Shown: positions 43,180-51,434 of the stretch, one piece after another | How the letters are laid out: every line of letters starts with the position of its first letter | Numbering within the stretch: the first letter of the stretch is position 1 | IMG/VR virus record: IMGVR_UViG_3300023179_000011 | Coordinates: 32,001-96,000 of that record | DNA length: 64,000 nucleotides | Strand: one strand, 5' to 3' | DNA from: a virus | Notes under the pieces: model-generated | The model's input: only the letters and a program-made list of their open reading frames with translations | Databases searched by the model: none | Told to the model about the DNA's origin: nothing | Position numbers and translations under genes: made by a program

Positions 43180-44356
43180 GACAAACATCCCGCTCGATCA
43201 GGCGCATGACGTCAGTGGCCGCGAAACACACAGGCTTACGACTCTGTATCCGCAGCCCGACTTTGTAAAAAATGCCGCGCACGAAAAACTGAGTGGTGCC
43301 GCGGATTTACCACGCCATCTATACGCCGATCAGCGCCATAAACTTTATCCGTGCCATACCGCCCCTGCAACATGGATGTCCGCTCTTTTCTTCGCGGACA
43401 AGCAGGCGCAGTTCGACGCCAGGGAGGCTGCGGCTATTCAATCTAGAATACACCAAGCCGCCGAGTATTTCGGTATTCGCGGGGCGGTCACTGAATTAGA
43501 AGAGAAAGTCGCGGCTAGCGCGGCGCAGGATATTAATAGCCTACCTGATTCCGAGTTTGCCATTGTCTGGGTGAGCGACGTCGGGGGGAAAGAACGCCAT
43601 TGGCCGCTGCGCAACGCCGAAGAAGTCAAGTTTGCGGCCGCGCATTTTAAGACTTTCCGCGACAACTTTGTTTTTGACGACCGACACGTAATTGCCACAA
43701 AGATCCTCGAAAAGGCCGCGCAATACGACGCAGACGTTTCGGGGGCTGAGGGCTCGCTAGAGCTGGCCGCTGGGCTGGGTGCCTGCGCGGCCAAAGTAGC
43801 GAGCGATATGATCAAAGACCGCGTACGGCTCACCCGCCGGCAGCATGCGCAGCTGGCAGTAGAGTTGTCCAAGTTAGCAGAAGCGGTCGACCAGAACCCC
43901 GAAATGGCGCGTACGGTTGACATGCGGCTAAAGTTGGCGAGCGCGGTCGATAATTTTGATAGAAATACTAACCTCTATCGCCTGTACGACGCCGGCGGCC
44001 TTCCGCGCCCCGAAGAAGTTCTGTTCGCCATTACCGAAAAGGTGGCGCGGGACTTCATGGCGCAGAATGTCGAAACCACTACGGGCAACGTATATGCTCT
44101 CGATGATCTTGAGAAGCTAGCCGTTGATGATGTGCGCGAGTGGCTTGGCGACGACTTCGCTGACGCGGTAAGCGCCGGCGGCGTGTACATGGACCGCGAA
44201 AAACTGGCCGCGATTGTACCCACGCTTGATCGCGGTATGGCGGCTATGCTCGACCGACTTATGTCTGAGAAGAGCGCCGGGGCGGTTGTTAAGTCAGCGT
44301 CGGCTGACAGCCTTCTTTCGCTTGCCCGGCTTCATGAGCTTGCGGCTGGCGGCTGA
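43178..44356 (+). CDS. Putative virion/head-associated protein with two YP/WP-x-x-T/N repeats (DUF6582-like)
   Basis: KLYPCHTAPATWMSALFF and RHWPLRNAEEVKFAAAHF; SD-like AGGTAGG; plus strand like terL. Confidence 0.5.
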   Translation: MTNIPLDQAHDVSGRETHRLTTLYPQPDFVKNAAHEKLSGAADLPRHLYADQRHKLYPCHTAPATWMSALFFADKQAQFDAREAAAIQSRIHQAAEYFGIRGAVTELEEKVAASAAQDINSLPDSEFAIVWVSDVGGKERHWPLRNAEEVKFAAAHFKTFRDNFVFDDRHVIATKILEKAAQYDADVSGAEGSLELAAGLGACAAKVASDMIKDRVRLTRRQHAQLAVELSKLAEAVDQNPEMARTVDMRLKLASAVDNFDRNTNLYRLYDAGGLPRPEEVLFAITEKVARDFMAQNVETTTGNVYALDDLEKLAVDDVREWLGDDFADAVSAGGVYMDREKLAAIVPTLDRGMAAMLDRLMSEKSAGAVVKSASADSLLSLARLHELAAGG

Positions 44357-44800
44357 CGCTTTCTTTTTTGGCTTTCGCTTTTTTACCGGCGGATTAAATA
44401 GCGTCCGTATACGGTTCAGCACGAACCTATCGGTAGTCCGCTTATAGTTTACGTCGTCCCACGCTTGATCGACTTGCTCGATACCGCGCCGCGAGGCTTC
44501 GATGTCGTGGGCTAAACTGTAGGCGGGGTTGTGCCATTTAAACGCCGCCTCTTTTTTCTCGCGCGTGTCGCACACCGACATTTCAAATACTTCGTGTGTG
44601 CGCCGGTCGATGATCATTTGCGCGCTGGCGACGATACCAAATATACCCTGATGTTTTGCTTCGTAGACTGCGTCAACAATCGCCGCGTTGTCGCCGTAAC
44701 ACGACCAGCAGTAGTCCACGACTTCTTGAATGCTGTAGTTGCAGGCACGAAAAAATTCAGCTATTCGCGCCAGACCGGCGTGATCTATTTTGATGCTCAC
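44294..44800 (-). CDS. Hypothetical protein with basic tail
   Basis: 168-aa ORF. Confidence 0.65.
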   Translation of the reverse strand: MSIKIDHAGLARIAEFFRACNYSIQEVVDYCWSCYGDNAAIVDAVYEAKHQGIFGIVASAQMIIDRRTHEVFEMSVCDTREKKEAAFKWHNPAYSLAHDIEASRRGIEQVDQAWDDVNYKRTTDRFVLNRIRTLFNPPVKKRKPKKKASAASRKLMKPGKRKKAVSRR

Positions 44801-45045
44801 TTGAAAACTAACTCCTTCAATTTTGTTATCAATTCGCGCACACCCCGCCGGGTTGGCGCCGGCACTGCGCGCGCCGGCACTTCGCCCGGCTCAACGTTTT
44901 GAGAAGATAAGCCGCCCGACTTCTCGGCTAACTCGCTTCGACAGTATTCGAGGTAGAGTTGCCAGTTGTCGTAAGAATCTCTGTCTTCGGCTCGTTCGTA
45001 TGGGATGTAGGGTGGTGCGTCTGGGACTCTGTCGTTCCAGCCCAT
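44797..45045 (-). CDS. Hypothetical protein
   Basis: 82-aa ORF after AAGGA. Confidence 0.6.
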   Translation of the reverse strand: MGWNDRVPDAPPYIPYERAEDRDSYDNWQLYLEYCRSELAEKSGGLSSQNVEPGEVPARAVPAPTRRGVRELITKLKELVFK

Positions 45046-45218
45046 TGCTGTTTGTCCTTCTTTTTAGTTCCGCCAATTAACTCGCCCCGCACTATCGTTG
45101 TTGTTTGCGGCGCTGTTAAACCAATCTTGACTCGATCGCCTGTGATTCCCAAAACTTTCACAACGATTCCGTCGCCAATTACAACTTCTTCTTCCTTCTT
45201 CCTTGACAGTACAAGCAC
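44928..45218 (-). CDS. csrA: CsrA/RsmA-like translational regulator
   Basis: MLVLSRKKEEEVVIGDGIVVKVLGITGDRVKIGLTAPQTTTIVRGEL. Confidence 0.9.
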   Translation of the reverse strand: MLVLSRKKEEEVVIGDGIVVKVLGITGDRVKIGLTAPQTTTIVRGELIGGTKKKDKQQWAGTTESQTHHPTSHTNEPKTEILTTTGNSTSNTVEAS

Positions 45219-45228
45219 CGTGTCACCA

Positions 45229-45900
45229 TCATGATGTAGCTGAACCTTGTAACATTTTTACGACATACTCCGTGTTGCCGTTTTTTAGGTCCAGCGCGGT
45301 CAATTGTTTGATAAGTAAATTCGTTTTTAATCGAATCGACTGGTTGATGTCTTCTGTTTTGTCGGCTTCGAAATCGTAGACCGCGTTAAACATCGCCGGG
45401 TCGTCTGAAAAGTCTGTGATGTTGGGGCTGACCCGGGCAGCCCGCAGAGCAACGCGCAAGATATCTGGCGCGTTAATAATCCCTTCGCTGTCAAGCACTG
45501 CGCCGATATAACCGCGCACTTCGTCGGTAAACGGTTCGTTATCGTCATCTTCGGGCGGGCTGATGAGCAGCGCTTCGGTAATTCCCCACGCCGCCTCTTC
45601 GGCGTCAGCTGGATCCCACATATCGGGGCGGTATGTGTCGCCGCCCATCACGTTGCAGAACGTCACAAAGTCCGGCAGGCTTTTGAAAAACTTGTCGGTT
45701 GTGAGGATCTGAATTGCGACGAGGAGCTTATCGAGCGCAAGCTGCGGCAGTTCAACGTCGAACTCTTCCTCGATTTCGAGCGTGATTGTCGCCGGATCCC
45801 AGTCCAGCGCTTCGACGCCGAACTTATCCAGAAACAGAGTCAGTAGGACGCTCGCAAACGTCTCCCTGCTTTTCCAAGCTTCCTGCGCTATTGTCGACAT
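45229..45900 (-). CDS. Hypothetical protein
   Basis: Start MSTIAQ; acidic and helical. Confidence 0.7.
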   Translation of the reverse strand: MSTIAQEAWKSRETFASVLLTLFLDKFGVEALDWDPATITLEIEEEFDVELPQLALDKLLVAIQILTTDKFFKSLPDFVTFCNVMGGDTYRPDMWDPADAEEAAWGITEALLISPPEDDDNEPFTDEVRGYIGAVLDSEGIINAPDILRVALRAARVSPNITDFSDDPAMFNAVYDFEADKTEDINQSIRLKTNLLIKQLTALDLKNGNTEYVVKMLQGSATS

Positions 45901-46333
45901 TAAGGCCGTTCCTACTCTTGATGATCTGCACACCCCGGCGGTACAGCTCACTTAGATTATACGCGATCGTCTCCAGCGGGCGGCGCGGAAGAAAATCGCG
46001 CGGCTCGCCGGACTCCAGCGCAAGCCAGCCCATAGAGCCGGTCCACGTGACGTACCGTCCGTCTGCGAAAGCGAGCGTGGCGGAGCAGTCACCTTGTATG
46101 TCTTCGATGGGTAGGTCCAGCTCCTGCCGTGTTTGCCGCAGCATCTCGCCGATCATGAGCCGCTGTTCACCGGACAAGAAGTTTAGATTCTCAAGCATGT
46201 CGGCAAGGAGCAGGTAAAATACCGCCTCCGTGTCGACAACCATGGCCGGGTTATACGTCCACTGGCGCTTTAAAACGGTCGTGAAAACGTTGCGAATTTG
46301 CAACTTGCTTATTTTTACGACGCGCACTACCAT
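45824..46333 (-). CDS. Hypothetical protein
   Basis: Start MVVRVV is divergent from 46371; start uncertain. Confidence 0.55.
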   Translation of the reverse strand: MVVRVVKISKLQIRNVFTTVLKRQWTYNPAMVVDTEAVFYLLLADMLENLNFLSGEQRLMIGEMLRQTRQELDLPIEDIQGDCSATLAFADGRYVTWTGSMGWLALESGEPRDFLPRRPLETIAYNLSELYRRGVQIIKSRNGLNVDNSAGSLEKQGDVCERPTDSVSG

Positions 46334-46370
46334 ATCGAGCGTCGGGTTTATTTCTTCACTGGAGGTATTT

Positions 46371-46649
46371 ATGTCTGTTTCCATCATCGACAACCTTTCT
46401 AATATCACGCAAGGACGAGCTGAGTTTGTCGTCAGCGGTGATGGTATCGAGGAACTGCTGTCGTCTGCAACCGCGAACGCTGTGCTGCAGAAAGCAGCCG
46501 AGGCTGGCTTGCACCGGCCGGGCGTTTCTAGTGCCAGCGGCCCGTACCCGGTTGACGGCGAGGGCAAGACCGACGACGAACTGCTCATGGGCAAGCGCGG
46601 CCCTGTTGCGGGCTACCGCCGAGATTTTGTTATCTTGGCGTCGCTCTGA
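46371..46649 (+). CDS. Small hypothetical protein (plus-strand island)
   Basis: Strong SD GGAGG 5 nt before the ATG; 92 aa. Confidence 0.7.
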   Translation: MSVSIIDNLSNITQGRAEFVVSGDGIEELLSSATANAVLQKAAEAGLHRPGVSSASGPYPVDGEGKTDDELLMGKRGPVAGYRRDFVILASL

Positions 46650-47009
46650 TCAGGCGTCGTCTGCCCGGTCCACGACGATCATCTTGCCGGGCTGACCAAA
46701 CATAAACGGGACAACGGCGAAGCACACCGGTGTGCGGCAGTCGACGTCTAGGCGCTTGGCGCACGCATAGCCGGTGCGGAAGCTTATGTTTTTTGCTGCC
46801 GCGATCGCTGCCTCCTTGGTTCCAAACAAACCGACAGGCACGTCATCCATGGTGTGGCGCCAAACGACGAGATAGCCGTGCAGACCGCCGGCGATCGTCT
46901 CGCGTGAATAGCTCCACGTCTTCTTTTGTGCTGTTGTCTTTCTACCCGAGGCGCGCGGAGCGCGCCTCTTCTTTTGTGTTTTTGATACTTTCAATGTCAA
47001 AGTGGTCAT
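46650..47009 (-). CDS. Hypothetical protein with basic N-terminus
   Basis: 119-aa ORF after GAGGA. Confidence 0.65.
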   Translation of the reverse strand: MTTLTLKVSKTQKKRRAPRASGRKTTAQKKTWSYSRETIAGGLHGYLVVWRHTMDDVPVGLFGTKEAAIAAAKNISFRTGYACAKRLDVDCRTPVCFAVVPFMFGQPGKMIVVDRADDA

Positions 47010-47014
47010 TCCTC

Positions 47015-47584
47015 TTAGGGGAGCGGATTGTTCTCTGTTGGTTCTGCTGATGTGTCATCGGCGTCTGTGTCGACCACAATTTTTGTACGGCCATTGCTGA
47101 AATAGCGCGAACCGTAACTGGTAAAAATTTCATCTCCGGCGGCTATGTCTTTTTGCGCGATAAGATCTGCTACGTTTGCCGGCCAGTTAAAACTCCAGTT
47201 GGCGTTTGGCGAGTCTTGGTGGTTGTATAGCATTCCGTACCCAAGCACCATGTACATGTGGCTTCCGTGCCGTTTGCACTCCTCGCAGGGACACGAACTG
47301 TTTGTATACAGGTAATTAAATAACTGCGGGTCTTTGTGATACTTTGTGCGAAACGCCAGCTGAATCATCGGACACCGCTCGACCAGCTCGCCTTTTTTGA
47401 TATCGTTTGTCGCAAAAACACCGCGACCGTGTACGCCGGAATAACCAAGCTCAATTTTTGTCGGTCGAAACAACGGTACCCGCTCTGGTTCTGTTTTTTC
47501 TACCGAGACTTCTTTTTCGGTGGCTTCGGTTTCGGGCGCGTTTTGGATTTTTTCGGCGGGTCCTTCTGTCTTGTCTTCCGACAT
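47015..47584 (-). CDS. SET-domain lysine methyltransferase
   Basis: HGRGVFATNDIKKGE...GYGMLYNHQDSPNA...DIAAGDEIFTSYG. Confidence 0.9.
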   Translation of the reverse strand: MSEDKTEGPAEKIQNAPETEATEKEVSVEKTEPERVPLFRPTKIELGYSGVHGRGVFATNDIKKGELVERCPMIQLAFRTKYHKDPQLFNYLYTNSSCPCEECKRHGSHMYMVLGYGMLYNHQDSPNANWSFNWPANVADLIAQKDIAAGDEIFTSYGSRYFSNGRTKIVVDTDADDTSAEPTENNPLP

Positions 47585-47604
47585 GTCATTACCTCGTGTG
47601 TGAG

Positions 47605-48078
47605 TTATTCTTCGGGGCCAAATTTATCGATGTGGGCAAGTCTAGCGCAATAAAATTCTGCGACAAGACCAGCCACGTGCTCAAAACGTTTCACTATGTC
47701 AGGAAGAACCTGCTCGTTGAATACGCGCACAATGACGCGGCGAAATTTGGCTATCGCTTCTTTTGTGTAACCCTCTTCTCGCGCTTTTTCGGCGGCTTTG
47801 CGAATATCCGCGTTGCCGTCAAACTGCAATTGAAGATAAGCCGGGTTTACAAACTCAATTATGTGTCCGTACACTTGCCTGACTTCGTAGGCGCAGGGCA
47901 CGTCAAATACGCCGGCGCCGGGCCATCGCTCGCCGTCTACTTCGTCCTCTGACAGGTATCGCAGCTTTCCCAGCGTCCAACCGAATGCCGCTGCGTCATC
48001 ATTCGGTTCAGCCATGGTAAAGGCTGGTTTTGGCGCTGGCGGTTTTTTGTCGAGTTTTACTTTGCTTTTACGCGCCAT
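47605..48078 (-). CDS. Hypothetical protein
   Basis: 157-aa ORF. Confidence 0.7.
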   Translation of the reverse strand: MARKSKVKLDKKPPAPKPAFTMAEPNDDAAAFGWTLGKLRYLSEDEVDGERWPGAGVFDVPCAYEVRQVYGHIIEFVNPAYLQLQFDGNADIRKAAEKAREEGYTKEAIAKFRRVIVRVFNEQVLPDIVKRFEHVAGLVAEFYCARLAHIDKFGPEE

Positions 48079-48112
48079 GATTCACAATAGCTAAGGAAAA
48101 TTGGGACAGTTT

Positions 48113-48189
48113 TGTTCTGACCGTGTAGCCGGGAGTCACATCAGCCGCCATAAGACGATTAGATGTGTCCCGACTACACAGTCAGAACA
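48113..48189 (-). ncRNA. 77-nt long RNA hairpin (processing or regulatory element)
   Basis: Arms TGTTCTGAC-T-GTGTAG-T-CGGGA-CACATC and GATGTG-AC-TCCCG-G-CTACAC-G-GTCAGAACA. The mismatches are G-U wobbles only on minus. Confidence 0.65.
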
Positions 48190-48198
48190 CGCCGGCGA

Positions 48199-48573
48199 TC
48201 AGTCGCCAGCGGTGCAAGCAAGGTACGCATGATAGCGTGCTATTTCCTCAATGTTAGGATCGATCTCTTTAAACACCGGCTCATCCTCCATAGTAGCCAG
48301 CTCACCTCGAAACATCGCGGTTGTATATTCGTGATACAGCCGTGCCATATCTCCGCGAAGTTTCTTCTTGGTGAATTTAAGCACGCGTGCCTTCAGAAAG
48401 GCGGCGCGTTCCCAGAAGTTCGGTAGCTCATCCAGCGTGTCCCGAAACTTCTCTGCAGTTTTCTCAAAAAGTTTATGCGCCCGATCAGGAACAATCTGAA
48501 ACTCAGGCGCTGTCTTCTTGCATCGAGAGGTGACTGCAAGGCGGATTTTCTCCGCCGGGGGCGAAAGAAGCAT
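48199..48573 (-). CDS. Hypothetical protein
   Basis: 124-aa ORF after GGAG. Confidence 0.65.
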   Translation of the reverse strand: MLLSPPAEKIRLAVTSRCKKTAPEFQIVPDRAHKLFEKTAEKFRDTLDELPNFWERAAFLKARVLKFTKKKLRGDMARLYHEYTTAMFRGELATMEDEPVFKEIDPNIEEIARYHAYLACTAGD

Positions 48574-48862
48574 GCGTTAACTCCGTTGTAACGCGGTCGA
48601 GAAGGGCCGCTAATACGATATAGCAGCGACAATAAATATGCCGCGTTTTTGGCAAAAATTTAGCCGCTATTCGGAGTTCGCGAATTGCGAAAGTGCCTGT
48701 CATTGCAGGACTTACGGCGCAATAAGTCATGTTCTGGAAAATGGAAAATGCAACCGCCGCCGCGCGCTGCCTGAGAGCCTGAAGCCCGCGGGTCACGTGG
48801 TACGTGACCCTTCAGCAGTCGCAGGACGGCGGAAGATCGTAACCTACGCGTGGCAGGTGCGG
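48574..48862. promoter_or_regulatory. Non-coding boundary between the structural module and early-type genes
   Basis: GACTTA-N8-TAAGTC palindrome (48709-48728); nested hairpin 48754-48832 with perfect GGGTCACGT-GGT-ACGTGACCC. Confidence 0.45.
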
Positions 48863-49168
48863 CTAGAAGGTTAGCTGGACAACTTGGCCACCGGCGTTCA
48901 CATAGATGACACGCACTTTTTTAGCGTCCAGCAGCGATTTGAGCTGTGTCTTTTTTTCGCTACTCATACCGGCAAGGCACGATTTAATCTGCGCCATTGC
49001 GTTACGGCGCCTTTCTTGGCGTTTGTGGGCACACGCGCTGCAGCCGCCAGACTCATTACTTTTGAGGATTTCTCTCTTGTTGTAAAAACACGGGATCGAT
49101 TCGGAGTACGTAGGGTCGTTCAGTAATGATATTATTGTGCTGTCTTCTAGCACTACCATGTCGCGCAT
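48863..49168 (-). CDS. Hypothetical protein, distant paralog of 49983..50339
   Basis: Start MRDMVV; central GGCSAC; ends KVRVIYV...QLTF. Confidence 0.6.
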   Translation of the reverse strand: MRDMVVLEDSTIISLLNDPTYSESIPCFYNKREILKSNESGGCSACAHKRQERRRNAMAQIKSCLAGMSSEKKTQLKSLLDAKKVRVIYVNAGGQVVQLTF

Positions 49169-49175
49169 ATAGACC

Positions 49176-49706
49176 TCACGGGGACGGCGCTTGTTCGGGC
49201 GGCGTTCCAATCCACAGTTCGCCGGCCGGGAGCAGGGTGTCTGCGACATCCAAAGTGGACTTGAGCCGCTGCACGTCGTCAATAACTTCTTCAATAAACG
49301 CTTTGACTTCTGCGCGCGAGCGAAGCAGCACGTCGACATAATCTAACCGAAACCATGCCGGGCGGTAATTTGGGATCGGGTCGTCTTCTGGGTACTCTTC
49401 GAGGTCTGTCGGCGAGCAGACGTGATCAAATGCGCCTACTCGTTCGTTTGCGCCGGGTTTGAGCGGCAGCATTTGGTAGGCAAAGATCTTTGTCGGCATC
49501 TGTGTCGCGTTACTAGCTGTGATTCGCACCCGGATGCCGTCTGTTGTCTCGTAGTTATATCTGCTGACCTGCCACGTTAATTTGACGTTACGCTCGCTTC
49601 CGGTCGGTGGCGGCGGGTCTATTTCAGGAATGTAGAAATTCAACCCCAGCGTGTCCGGCAGCTGAATTGGTTCTTCTTGTGGGCCCTGTGAGCAGCAATC
49701 TGTCAT
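49176..49706 (-). CDS. Hypothetical structural-region protein
   Basis: 176-aa ORF. Confidence 0.7.
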   Translation of the reverse strand: MTDCCSQGPQEEPIQLPDTLGLNFYIPEIDPPPPTGSERNVKLTWQVSRYNYETTDGIRVRITASNATQMPTKIFAYQMLPLKPGANERVGAFDHVCSPTDLEEYPEDDPIPNYRPAWFRLDYVDVLLRSRAEVKAFIEEVIDDVQRLKSTLDVADTLLPAGELWIGTPPEQAPSP

Positions 49707-49707
49707 G

Positions 49708-49986
49708 TTATTCTTGCTCCGGTAATACGATAGCTGTGATGTTTACTGGTCCAGGCGTTGTCGATCGCACATAAGCGAGCGCTAAACCTTCATTGTCGGT
49801 CGGACCGGGTTGTGTGATCTGCGCTGTTTCAACATCAGCAGAAATTTCAACTTGTCGTCCGGGTACTGGGCGGTCGCAGTCATCGCGTAAACGGATTTTG
49901 ACGACGGCTGCTTTTGTGCCGTTTGCCAGTACTTGCGGTTTTGACCCGTACAAGATTTTGGAGTTTTGCGGACTAACGTAGCTCAT
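49708..49986 (-). CDS. Ig-like (Big_1/invasin-type) domain protein
   Basis: VLANGTKAAVVKIRLRD...PVPG..V...TDNEGLA.A.V.STTPG.VNITA. Confidence 0.7.
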   Translation of the reverse strand: MSYVSPQNSKILYGSKPQVLANGTKAAVVKIRLRDDCDRPVPGRQVEISADVETAQITQPGPTDNEGLALAYVRSTTPGPVNITAIVLPEQE

Positions 49987-50339
49987 GGAAACACATACCG
50001 TGCGGGCGTCGATGAATTTGGCGGTACGTAATAGATTGTAACTTTTGTGTTTGCGATGTCGTCTGCTTTTGCGACATATCGCACAAATTGATGCACGATT
50101 TCCGGGTTCGTTGTTTTGGCTTCTTCTAGCGTGTTGATAAACGTTGATATACATTTGAACAGCAGATTTGTATCAGCGCGGCACCGGCAACCTTGTTTTT
50201 TTGCCGACTCTTCAAACGCCGCGCGGCACGCATCCATTGATTCTTTTACCGATATCAGCTGCGGATTTTTTTCAAAAAAATCGGGTTGCGCCACCATGTG
50301 CATGATGTTGTCGCGCGAAATAGAAACCATGCGTGTCAT
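49983..50339 (-). CDS. Hypothetical protein, distant paralog of 48863..49168
   Basis: MTRMVSI...QGCRC...KVTIYYV...YVF. Confidence 0.65.
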   Translation of the reverse strand: MTRMVSISRDNIMHMVAQPDFFEKNPQLISVKESMDACRAAFEESAKKQGCRCRADTNLLFKCISTFINTLEEAKTTNPEIVHQFVRYVAKADDIANTKVTIYYVPPNSSTPARYVFP

Positions 50340-50393
50340 TTTTTTTTCTTCCGTTGCCGTTTGGTCGTATTCTAATCGGTCTGAAAAAAAATG

Positions 50394-51431
50394 CTACGAC
50401 ACTGATGTAGCTGCGTTTTTAATTGCTGCGCGAAGTTGTGCGTTTGTTGCAATTTCAACTAGTAGCTGCGCGAGCGTTAATTCACCAGACGGACCAGTTG
50501 GACCTGTCGGGCCCATGTTTCCGCACGGACCGGTAGCGCCGGCTGGCCCGATCGCGCCAGTTACACCAGTTGCGCCGGTCGGTCCTGTTATACCGATGGG
50601 CCCTGTAACGCCGGTCTGTCCCTTCGGTCCGGTAGATCCGGTGTCGCCTTTTAAACCTCTATTACCTTGCGGGCCGGTAGCTCCTTGCGCGCCCTGCGGT
50701 CCTTGCGTGCCTTGCGGTCCTTGCGGGCCCATCAAACCCTGCGCGCCCATCAAACCCTGTAAACCACGCAGACCCTGTAAACCCTGATCACCTTTCGGGC
50801 CCGTGGCTCCGCGAGCGCCAGATGGCCCTGTTGAGCCGGTAGGCCCTGATGCTCCGGTTGGGCCTGTTTGGCCTTTGGCGCCTGTCGGGCCCGTGACGCC
50901 GGTTTGGCCTTTCATGCCTGTAGCGCCGGTATCACCTTTAAAGCCGCGCAGACCGGTGGCGCCTGTGGGCCCCGTATGGCCGGTCGGGCCAGATGCGCCT
51001 GTCGGGCCGGTCTGCCCTTTAATTCCTGTTGGCCCAGAAGGCCCTGTTGGGCCTGTAGGGCCTGTTTGACCTTTAGGGCCGCTAGGACCCGTTAAACCAG
51101 TTGCGCCGGTCTGTCCGGTGGGCCCAGAGGGCCCTACTGGGCCTGTAAGCCCGGTTTGACCTCTAAGCCCGGTCTGGCCCGTTGCGCCGACTGGGCCTGC
51201 CGGGCCGGTAGAGCCTCTGTCTCCTTTGTCGCCTTTGTCTCCCTTAAGTCCCTGCGGACCGACGGGACCTCTTGGGCCTTGCGGGCCAACAGGGCCTGCG
51301 GGGCCCGCAGGACCCTCCGGGCCAGCCGGGCCGGGCGGGCATACGCCACAATCACCGCTGCCAACGGCTAATACTGGGCCGGCGTATGGCTCCATTTGAA
51401 TTTCGTCGTTATTTTTTTGTTCGTCGGCCAT
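50394..51431 (-). CDS. Collagen-like fibre protein
   Basis: About 280 aa of uninterrupted Gly-X-Y (GPT/GAT/GQT-rich) and a short C-terminal helix. Confidence 0.9.
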   Translation of the reverse strand: MADEQKNNDEIQMEPYAGPVLAVGSGDCGVCPPGPAGPEGPAGPAGPVGPQGPRGPVGPQGLKGDKGDKGDRGSTGPAGPVGATGQTGLRGQTGLTGPVGPSGPTGQTGATGLTGPSGPKGQTGPTGPTGPSGPTGIKGQTGPTGASGPTGHTGPTGATGLRGFKGDTGATGMKGQTGVTGPTGAKGQTGPTGASGPTGSTGPSGARGATGPKGDQGLQGLRGLQGLMGAQGLMGPQGPQGTQGPQGAQGATGPQGNRGLKGDTGSTGPKGQTGVTGPIGITGPTGATGVTGAIGPAGATGPCGNMGPTGPTGPSGELTLAQLLVEIATNAQLRAAIKNAATSVS

Positions 51432-51434
51432 GGT

